Assembly: GCA_910592345.1 (NCBI GenBank)
Contig: CAJVPI010000018.1
Location: forward strand, 1-64,000
DNA: 64,000 nt
Source of the DNA: Paraglomus brasilianum
Taxonomy: Eukaryota
Reading direction: 5' to 3'
The position numbers and the translations under genes are program-made. The notes beneath the pieces are model-generated. The model saw only the letters and a list, made by a program, of their open reading frames with translations, ran no database searches and was not told where the DNA came from. Of the stretch, positions 54,330 to 64,000 are shown piece after piece (position 1 is the first letter of the stretch; each line of letters opens with the position of its first letter).

Positions 54330-55100
54330 TTTTTGTCCCGATACATCTCAAGACCCTCCTATTTTTTGAATCAACTGCAAGTTTTTGAAGTATAGGCCTC
54401 ATTTTGAATAACAACATGGACCCCTAATTCTTCTGCTTTAGCCACCAGGTTGGTGAAATTGATAGTGGCTCCAACAGAACAATGTGCGAACGGTTTTGTT
54501 ATCTTTCTTGTTTCGATTTACCATGCTTGAACTTCGGTGTTTGATTTTTCGTCGCATCTGAAAGATTTCCTTATCAAGTCGCAAGGTCTTTTTCTTCTTA
54601 CGTTTTGAACTAGAGGCAGCCAGCTTGTCCTTCATAGAAAAAAGATTATCCATATACTTGCATAGACGAATGATTCGTCCAATGTCGTATTGGCCAATTT
54701 TGCCTACACCTTTAGTAGGAGAGTACCATGTAAAGGTTAGGGTTAATGAACAGAACTCCGCTTGGGTTTCGCGGAGTTGTTTTTGCGTCTCGTAAACCCA
54801 TGAAAATTTCCATTCATTAGTTTTGCGAATATATGTGATCTTGTAATCGGACGTTATTCTGTGAGGAACAGGCCACTTATTATTATGCCTTTTTTTTTTC
54901 TCGAAATAAAGCGGCCACAAATCGTGTTTGTCGTCCAGAGTTTATGACGGTATACGGAAAGCATTGATGGGTTATGGAAATGGGTGATATAAAAACGGTT
55001 CCACGTGGATTTTGTGCACGAATTATTATCGTTTGTTTCGAGATCGAAATGACAAAGACGAACTTTGCTGATTCGTATATTTTGGTTAATTATCTTGTCT
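54330..55100 (-). pseudogene. Degenerate Fanzor2 / IS607-TnpB-like RNA-guided endonuclease
   Basis: In order: LSFRSR, FCSL[DPG..R lost]TFTWYSP, RLCKYMDNL..QMRRKIKH, TVRTLFCWSHYQF, then after a frameshift KAEELGVHVVIQNEAYTSKTCS (EAYTSKTC at 54377-54400), IQKIGGS and M.RD. Multiple deletions. Confidence 0.85.
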
Positions 55101-55656
55101 CTAAAATTAGTTAAATAAAATCAAAATAAATGAATAAATGAATGAATGAATAATGGACCCTATTAATACAATTTCACGTGAATATGAATATTCTGCATCG
55201 TTTGTAGGCCAAGAGTATTTTGTGTTAATAGTTAATCATGTAAAACGTATCATGTAATGAACGGCATTGGTAGTTTTTTTTCTTCATTGACGCATCGAAC
55301 AATTCTAAACAAATTATGAGTGATGTTGACTTTGCATTGTCTAATGAAGGTAAGGCCGATTATATTCTCTCAAATGAATCTCTGATACATAAATATTCTA
55401 ATTTGAGTGATCGTAGAAATCATTATATTTTTTGTTTTCTCTTGCTCCTGTATATTTGTATTATTTTGCAACTAATAAACATTGTTTACGAAAGCCTTAA
55501 TATACCGAATATTACTTGACTTTAGGTTACAAAGAGCGTGTTTGTTTTACCGAATTCCTCGTTATAACGAATATAGATGACTCCCCGTGCCTTCGGTAAA
55601 ACGAGGTTCGATAAACCGGGTTTCGTCACCAGTAATAATATTTTGAAACCCGCCAT

Positions 55657-56158
55657 CTAAAACTCGTAACATCTGTTTTGCAAGTTCAACTCGTTTTTGC
55701 TTATTTGTATGACATGCGGAATCCATCTTGAACACACTTTGTTGAGATCAAGTTGGCTATGTAAGATGGACTCGATTCTTTCTTTATACGGTGATGTGTC
55801 ATCTACCAGTTCGCAATCTTTCTTGGGTGACAGCTTTGCAAGGACATCCTGAGCAGGGGTTATCTTCAATGCTCTCGTCCCCGTCTTCGAATACTTCAAT
55901 CCACCGGTAAATAGTACGTTCAGAGAGTGCATTAGGTCCTTCAGCAACCCTCGCTGTTCCAGCTAACATAGACGTAGTAACGTTGATGTTCTCACTTAGT
56001 TTTCTCCATTAGGTTTAGGGTATGATTTTTCGTCAAATCAAATTGTGCCAATTTTTTATGCTAAATCAACTGAAACTTGAACTTTAATTGCATTATTTTT
56101 TTATTTAAAATTGTCACAATACATGTACATTGTCAAAACTTTTCAGACACCCTACGTA
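55657..56158 (-). mobile_element. Mariner transposon relic (left end plus partial transposase)
   Basis: ILHSQLDLNKVCSRWIPH matches the mariner WVPHEL region; TIR-like end AAAACTTTTCAGACACCCTACG followed by TA at 56157-56158. Confidence 0.75.
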
Positions 56159-56653
56159 GCAGTTAATGCTTCATCAATCATCGATAATGTTGGCAGGCGC
56201 CTTGCCATGTGTACCTTGAAGCAGCATTACAACAGTTCGCACGAATTTGCGCTCACCCCATACGCATGATTTTTGAAGTCTCTTGTCTTCACGCTCATCC
56301 GCAAGATTATTCGGAGAGAACTGTCAAACACACCGCGCTGTCGACGTCTTTTCCTAGCTGCTGTTGTCCTGATCTTGTGCTTTTTTCCCTGTTTGGGGTT
56401 CGACTCTTCTTCCTTGCTTGATTGCAGTGAAAGTTCATGTTCGTCGGAGGTCGCTTTGTTGACGAAAACCATGAATTTTGTAGTCAGTCACAATGGGTAA
56501 CCACAATTTCTGAGACCATAATTTCTGCATTACGTCTGCCAATGGTTTGCGGCAGGATGAACAACGTGCCTCGCATGTCCTTTAAACATCGCATCGTATA
56601 GACTTACTTATTTGTGGATAGTTTGACATGTTCCCGTTTGGCGTGGCGAAAAA

Positions 56654-57034
56654 CCCCCCAGACAAAAGAAGTTCAGCAAGACTGATCCAAGCAAGTTGGA
56701 TAGCGCTTGTTTTTTGCGGTTTGTTTAGAGCATCCACGTGCAGGATGAACAACAAATCCCCCAGACAAAAGAAGTTCAGCAAGACCGATCCAAGCAAGAC
56801 CGATCCAAGCAAGTCGTTTAGAGCATCCACGTGCAGGATGAACAACGTGGCGAGACAAAAGAAGTTCGGCAAGACTGATCCAAGCAAGTCGAATAGCGCT
56901 TGTTTTTAGCGGTTTATTTGGAGCATCCACGTGCAGGATGAACAACAAACCCCCCAGACAAAAGAAGTTCAACAAGACCGATCCAAGCAAGTCGAATAGC
57001 GCTTGTTTTCAGCGGTTTGTTTAGAGCATCCACG
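56654..57034. repeat. Minisatellite, about four imperfect ~100-bp units
   Basis: Recurring blocks AGACAAAAGAAGTTC, AAGAC(T/C)GATCCAAGCAAGT, ATAGCGCTTGTTTT and GAGCATCCACGTGCAGGATGAACAAC. Confidence 0.9.
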
Positions 57035-57429
57035 TTCGTATAAAACTCATCTTGACGTATCTGAATAAAAAGATAGAGGAGAAGGTATGAGTAAACGAGC
57101 AATTAACTTTCAATAATAAACCCAGTATATTCACGATATGGTCTGTATTCTTTACTTACATGGAGCTGAGACCTTCCTTTTGCTTGAACCCGAGGAGAGA
57201 GTTTATGTGTTTATTTCAAATAATAAATAAGCAAAATATTGCAATATTACAATATTGTATGGTTAAAGAATTTGGGGGATAATGTCTTTAAATATTTGAA
57301 TGGCGGGTATGAAACATGCAAGCTTTGAGGGAATGAAATAGTTGTATTGAAATAAAGGTCCATGCGCAGCAGACGATTTTCCGATCGTGTAGGGTCTGTT
57401 ACTTGGTATTATGTCTGCACGTCTTTTGC

Positions 57430-57531
57430 GGCATCGCGGGAGGATTACATTGGCATCGCGGGAGGATTACATTGGCATCGCGCGAGGATTACATTGGCAT
57501 CGCGCGAGGATTACATTGGCATCGCGCGAGG
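57430..57531. repeat. 22-bp tandem repeat, ~4.6 copies
   Basis: GGCATCGCG(G/C)GAGGATTACATT at 57430, 57452, 57474, 57496 and partial at 57518. Confidence 0.95.
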
Positions 57532-57589
57532 TTTGTTACTTGGTATTGGGTCTGTGCATCTTTTCTGATTCGAGGGAATAAGAAAAAAT

Positions 57590-58387
57590 AGTCTGGACTG
57601 TATGGCAAGTGGGGGAAAAGTCCACTCGTTTGTTATGAAGATACTCCGTTATTATTATGATCGTTGCCTTAGATGGTACGACATTGTCGTAATAAAGCAT
57701 GACGTCACGAACAGGGCTAATTGTGAACCAACCTAAACATATCCAAGCAATTACATGATGCGAGGAAGACCAAAAAAAGGTATTGTCTACTATTCTCTTG
57801 CTAAAGAAACGGTGAGTTAAACAATAAATTGCGAGACAATGCTTGTTCCTCGTGGATTTGAGTTGCATTTTCCAAGAAGCGAAAATAAAGTATCACGGCT
57901 CATTTTCTTCCAGTCGTTTTACAAGAGATAATGAATTTCCATCTTTTCGTTTGTTACATGGCATTTGATGGTTATTCCCATTTTTAGTTAAACTCTAGAT
58001 AGCCAACACGCAAAACTTTTCAGCACCCCAGCGTATTGTCTGCGAAAACGGTTCTGAAGCTTTGACTACGAGCATACAACTCTCTCGGCAATACCCAAGG
58101 CAAATCCGTCCGAGTGAGGAAGTATTAATAGTTAATTTATGTAAAGTGTAGGCATCTTGAGTACCATTTTTGCCCATAGAGTGGGGACGTCGGTCAATCA
58201 AAATTCTGTCGTTGTATTTTTAATAACAAAACGAAAAGTGTAAACAAATAAAACAAGCTACAAAGTTATGCCGAGTTTCTTGACGCACAAAACGTATTAG
58301 TTATAGTTGACTTTTTTTTTATAAGACGCGTATTTTGGAGGAAATAATACCATGCATTTTATTCCAAAAACTTTTTCGCGCACTGTA
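57590..58387 (-). mobile_element. Second Tc1/mariner relic
   Basis: Minus strand DNVVPSKATIIITEYL then PHLPYSPD (~57595-57620), matching the mariner DNA.PH and HPPYSPDL motifs; terminus ...TTTTTCGCGCACTG followed by TA at 58386-58387. Confidence 0.65.
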
Positions 58388-60970
58388 TATGTACTAGTAC
58401 TACCCACAGATCAAGTGTTGTTGTTTTTTCATGCAAAAATTGTGTCTAAGAACTAAACTTCAAGCATGAAAGTCCGCTCTACCTATTTGCAAAAAAAGTA
58501 TTAAAAACTGTAATGCATTTGTATCTTCACGAAAGACTGTTATTGACAAAGGAGCTGATGTAAAAGTGATAGGTTTTCAATGTGTTGGTAGGGCAAATAA
58601 TAAAATGGCATTATTCTTCCATATACTGTTGTCTTTTTAATCGCTTCTTTGGTCATTTATGTAGATTATTTCCACTCGGGTAGGTTAAGCCAGTTACATA
58701 GAGTTTATGAATACTTTCAATTTTGTTATCCACAATTATAATGGCTGGAAAATTTCAGGGTATCCCATCCCATATGTTTGAATTCAAAATATTACGACGT
58801 TCTTCGAGCTTTAGCCTGAACCAATCCATTATTATTATAGACATTTCGCATTTTATTTTTAGTTTATTTAAAGGCCGTGTAGGCGGCTTTGATCCGCAAA
58901 TATATTTCCACAAAGAGTCTTATTATAAAAATGTGCTAAATTATACTTTTCCTCATATATAATTACTAACAACCCCAAATTGATTTCTATATGATGAGCC
59001 TATAAACCTTCACTTTGTTCACTGTGAGATATTGTTCCATATCCCACCACTAATGCATAGAATGTACGAATATGTCAGAAAAAAGTGCATTAGGTACATG
59101 TAAAAATACATATCAATTATTAAGAAATTACTTAACAGTGTTCCGAGAATACGTTCGGTTATTTTATTGTCTTCTTTCCACCTTAAATATTCTTCATAAC
59201 CTATGAAGCATTCGAACTGTTATATTACTCATAAATTCATTACGCTTCGTAACTGAATCAGGCATAATGCATTTCATGTTTTCTCGAGGTTCCAAAAAAG
59301 TATCCTGTCTACTCTTATCATGAATGAGTCGTCGCTAATAACCATGCTTGCTTCATGGTCACGCCATGTAAGATTCGACAAGTCTGCATTCTCACAGAGC
59401 TTCTCTGAGTGCACCATAACGGCTTATACACGTCGTACATATTCGAAAGGAGGTAAAATATTGTCTTCTATGGCCAGGTAAACCGCGGACGCTTTGCAAA
59501 GACAGTCTAATGGCTCTTCTAATGAATGTGCTTTAACCTTAGATTGCGAATGCATCATGTTGATTAAGTGCAAAAAAGTATTTGTTTAAAAGAAAAAAAA
59601 AGCATTTCGCCCACACATCTCTGAACGCGTGTCTGATCATATGATGGCGTAAGTGAAAGCTGTGCCAAAATATAATCTATATCATCTAAAAATATTCTTT
59701 GCTATCCGTTCCATTTTCGGCCTGTTTTTTCTTCCGCTTTGCCTCGATGGAAATATCGGGTTTCTCGTGTATATCTATTCCTGAGGCATCGAATCAGATG
59801 ATGTTTCAGCTTCTCAAATTTAGCGTTCTTGCTATATCATTCAGGCAAGCTTGGTTTGCCTATCGAGTTAGCCCATATTTTTTAATAGTCGCAGAACCTA
59901 TGTTATATGGTAGTGAGTGCTAACTTTTTTCATTCCCGTCTTGAGTTGTTCGGCGAATAATATGGCCTCTATATCCTGTTTAGCCAAACGAGATGGGCTT
60001 GTTCTTTTCTTAACAGGTTTATCCGATTGCTGTGATTCCAGATAATTGTTATTTTTTTTGGCGTCATCGAGAATAGAAATTATATCTAGCGAAAAAAAAT
60101 AAATACACATACTATATATAATAATTCGCAAATTGTGGTTGGAAAAGTCTGCCTCAGATTCAGTTTCTGATGCTCTACCAATACAATTTTTTATTTACAA
60201 ACAACTACCTTGATAATATATTATCAAATAAATTCAATATTTATATTTATTAATAAAGGATAATTCAAAATACGTTAACAACATTACGTCAGTTCAACTA
60301 ATGGTCGTGTCTTTTGTGGAGCAGGATAACAACCACGAATCTCGAAATTATAAACTCTATAGTAAATCCAGTTATTCCCAAAGAAAAGTGCGTAGAAAAA
60401 AGACTTATCCCAGTAATTTCTCATCTGAATCGTCTAGTGATGAAGGAGGTGTAAATGTGCTAAAAGCAAAGAAGCGCGATTAGTAATTATACAAATCAAT
60501 GATTTCAGCTACTATATGTGCTTGCTTTTATCTCTAATACTAGTTTCTTTTTTCTCTTCGTTAGTCCCCCACTTCATCAATTCTTTGAGAAAATTCATGC
60601 ACAATGGATACCTCTGCTATTGTATCTTTTAATCTTGAAATTTCTGCTTGTTGAAGAAGAGTTAGTATTAGTATTAGGTGATTTCTAACTCTTTAAGAAA
60701 GGAGTCTTTTCAAATAATACTCTTTCAACTTTGAATTTTCTTCCACCAGTTCCAAGTCAAAACTGATTAAATACCATCTAACATGCTTTTTATTTTGCCT
60801 CTTGCGATTCACGTATTAGTATGTGGATCGTCACTCAAATCATGCATATCCTTTCTAAAACAATCGATTTTTGCCAGAATTTTGCGACATTAAATTCTGT
60901 GACTACGTCAACGCATACTTCCATCAAACATCGAGGTTCCTTCGTGAAAGATTCCGGAAAGCTTGACAAA

Positions 60971-63585
60971 ATGACTGAAAACAAGGGCGCTTCTCGCAAT
61001 TCTTTCAAAGACAAAGAAAAGCCCGTTGAGGTCCGCCTCAGTAATATCATCGCAGCAAAAGGTACGCTAAATATAATAACCGCCGCTATATGAGATTACC
61101 AAGCTTGACCTGTTCCTGTTATTATCCCCTCGTAGCTGTGGGTGATGCAATACGCACCTCACTAGGTCCAAAAGGTATGGATAAGATGGTAAGTCTCAGA
61201 GGGCTTTCATTTTGCATTTGGTGCTCAGTAATTTCTAAATTATAACATTTAGAGAATTAGTTGGGATTTTGCTCGTGAAAGATCAACGCATAAACATGAC
61301 AATAAATTCATTGCTTTTTTCATCCTATTTTCTGGATGCTTCTATGATCATTTTCTGTAATAATTCTTCATGTTGGTTGTTTACGCGACGCGTTGATCCG
61401 TCGCTCTGGAATCAGTCATTGCATTGATTTCATCCATTGAGATGTGGCTGATCGAATTGATTTAATTGCATTTGTACTATCGCTTCAATCAAAGTGACTA
61501 ACAATAAATACATTTAGATTCAAACGGGAAGTGGCGAAGTGGTTATCACGAATGATGGGGCTACCATCTTGAAGCATATGGCTGTCTTGCATCCAGCGGC
61601 GAAAATGGTATAGTCCGTTGGCTTATTGTCTGATATATCATGCGTAAATGGTTTTCTGACAATCATCTCAGCTTGTTGACCTATCAGCTGCACAAGACGT
61701 TGAAGCTGGGGATGGAACCACATCTGTCGTAGTTATAGCGGGAGCCTTGTTGAGAGCTTCTGAGAAACTTCTTTCCAAAGGTATACAGATAAAAGTTTGA
61801 TTTGATTTGACTTTTTTTGTTTTGATTTGTTTTTTTTGGGGGGCTTGTCAATTATATTGATTTCACATCATTGTTAGGTATACATCCAACAACTATTGCG
61901 GAGTCATTCCAGAGAGCAGCATCAAAAGCCTCAGAGTTTCTTACGGAAATGTCTACCAAGATTGATTTGATCGACCGGGATTCACTGATGAGAGCAGCCA
62001 GCACCGCATTGAATTCTAAGGTTTGTCTTTTTCTTTCTAGGATCTATTTAGGAATTCTCTTACACAATTTATTTAACTATTAAACGGAAACTATAGATTG
62101 TTTCGCAATACTCCGGCCTTCTTGCTCCTATTGCTGTAGATTCAGTTCTTCGTGTAATCGACACGACAACAGCTACAAATGTCGACTTGAAAGATGTCCG
62201 CATAGTAAAGAAAGTTGGGGGCACTATAGATGATACCGAGTTGGTTGATGGTTTAGTCTTAGCCCAAAATGTGATCAAGAGTGCCGGTGGGCCGACACGC
62301 ATCGAGAAAGCAAAGATTGGTCTCGTTCAATTCCAATTATCACCACCAAAACCAGATGCAAGTATAATTGATTCTATTAGACATTGTTTATTATAGAAAT
62401 GCGCTTAACTGTTAACTATTTTATTATCCGCTTATTAGATGGAGAATCAACTCGTTGTAAACGATTACCGATTGATGGACAAAATTCTAAAAGAAGAACG
62501 ACAATATCTGCTAAACATGTGCAAAAAAATAAAGAGAGCCGGATGTAATGTATTGTTTATTCAAAAATCTATCCTCAGAGATGCCGTCAATGACTTGTCG
62601 CTGCATTTCTTGGCCAAATTGAAGATTTTAGTAATTAAAGACATTGAAAGAGACGAGATAGAATTTATCTGCAAGGTTGAGTTTTTTCAGCGGTTTGCTT
62701 TCTTTGTTTTTGTTTGATCAATTCACGTATATATGTTGCATGCATCATCGATCTAACTTTATTGGCTGTTATAGAGCACGGGCTGTAAACCAATTGCGGA
62801 TATAGAATCCTTTTCAGAAGAGAAGCTTGGCTATGCAGAACTTGTTGACGAAGTTCAAACGTCGGGCGCTCGTGTGGTCAAAGTCACTGGAGTAAAGCAT
62901 AACGGAAGGACGGTCTCCGTGTTGATTCGTGGAGGCAATCAATTAGTGCTTGAAGAAGCCGAGCGATCCTTGCACGATGCACTTTGTGTAGTACGATGTC
63001 TAGTTAAAAAGAAGTAGGATTCATATGTGGCTCATTTATAGATACGTTCTGAAACAAATACTGACCCGCTTCTGGTATACTGCAGAGCATTGATCGCTGG
63101 CGGAGGAGCTCCAGAGATTGAAGTATCGCAAAAGTTGCTTACATATGCGAAAACGCTTAAAGGGATGGAAGCATATTGTTTTGAAGCGTTTGCTGAAGCA
63201 CTCGAGGTCATTCCGACGACATTGGCAGAAAATGCTGGACTTAATCCAATTGCGATAGTTACGGAATTACGAAATCGACACGCAAAAGGAGAGACAACAG
63301 CCGGCATTAACGTTCGAAAGGTTCGTGCTAAACAGTCTATATATAGCAGTATCACAATAATGTTTCTATATAAACTTGTAATACTTTTCAGGGCACCATA
63401 ACCAATATTCTTGATGAGAACGTGATTCAACCCTTGCTTGTGTCGACGAGTGCGATAGAACTGGCAGCAGAAACAGTCAAAATGCTTTTAAAGATTGATG
63501 ACCTGGTAGGCTACGTCATGTTTTTTGAAAGCCTTTGTTGCTTGTCTCTAATTTCAAACGTTATTTACAGGTTCAAACGCGATAA
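60971..63585 (+). CDS. CCT4: T-complex protein 1 subunit delta, multi-exon
   Basis: [74 protein letters not shown] 60971, TAA 63585. Confidence 0.96.
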
Positions 63586-63796
63586 AACTAAATATAGATA
63601 AAAAATTAAGTAGTATGGCAATGGGAGAATCTAATAAAATTTGGGTTAAAAAATATCGAGCCATTTATTAAAATCGTAAATATTACAAATAATGGTTTCC
63701 GGCAATCAACATTTCCTTAAGCACGCAACAGACATCTAATTGATCCCAAAACATTTGTTACGATTTATTGATACCACTTACTATACTAATTAACGT

Positions 63797-64000
63797 TTAA
63801 CCAATGTAAGACGTTCCATCACGGAACTTTGTTCTGAATAAGACATTGGCATTATTAAACATTCCGTCCTTGAGCGACACTACAATAAATTGAGATCCTT
63901 TGAACCGTGATTTTAGTAATTGGCCAATGTTCTGAGTATGAGATAAATCAAGTGCTGCATCTATCTCGTCAAGAATGTACATTGGAGCAGGCTTAAATTG
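63797..64000 (-). CDS. SMC2: Condensin SMC2, 3' end (gene continues beyond the window; exact stop uncertain)
   Basis: [58 protein letters not shown] is the characteristic SMC2 Walker B/D-loop tail. Confidence 0.93.
   Translation of the reverse strand, partial: QFKPAPMYILDEIDAALDLSHTQNIGQLLKSRFKGSQFIVVSLKDGMFNNANVLFRTKFRDGTSYIG

Noticed and set aside
54735..54745. Telomere-like GGTTAGGGTTA at the Fanzor DPG deletion
   Set aside because: Fewer than two repeat units, and explicable as remnants of Asp-Pro and Thr codons.
57430..57531. Possible CRISPR array
   Set aside because: Units are head-to-tail with no unique spacers, there are no cas genes, and the context is eukaryotic.
58990..60480. 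Protein-like fragments before CCT4 (similar ones at ~10000-11050 and ~46280-47100)
   Set aside because: Too many stops and no diagnostic motif to assign; probably old pseudogene or TE debris.

Overview
Eukaryotic, intron-rich, AT-rich DNA that looks like a Mucoromycota fungal chromosome (inferred from protein style and short GT-AG introns). Conserved multi-exon genes: Tps2-like trehalose-6-P synthase/phosphatase, mitochondrial ribosomal bL21m, a BORCS5-like protein, kinesin-1, a PA-TM-RING E3 ligase, a GATA+PHD factor, KGD2/DLST, a 4-TM voltage-sensor-like protein, NBS1, CCT4 and the 3' end of SMC2. These are separated by decayed mobile DNA (MITE ends, two mariner relics, minisatellites, a kinase pseudogene). 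Two things stand out. (1) Bases 1-1233 form an intronless frame of at least 410 codons that is open only if TGA is read as Trp (genetic code 4). This fits DNA from a Mollicutes-related endobacterium joined to fungal sequence, by horizontal transfer or chimeric assembly, and it abuts a small ORF with two more decayed copies in the window. (2) A decayed Fanzor2/IS607-TnpB-like RNA-guided nuclease gene lies at about 54.3-55.1 kb, with a candidate omega-RNA end hairpin. Exon boundaries were read by eye and some gene starts are uncertain.
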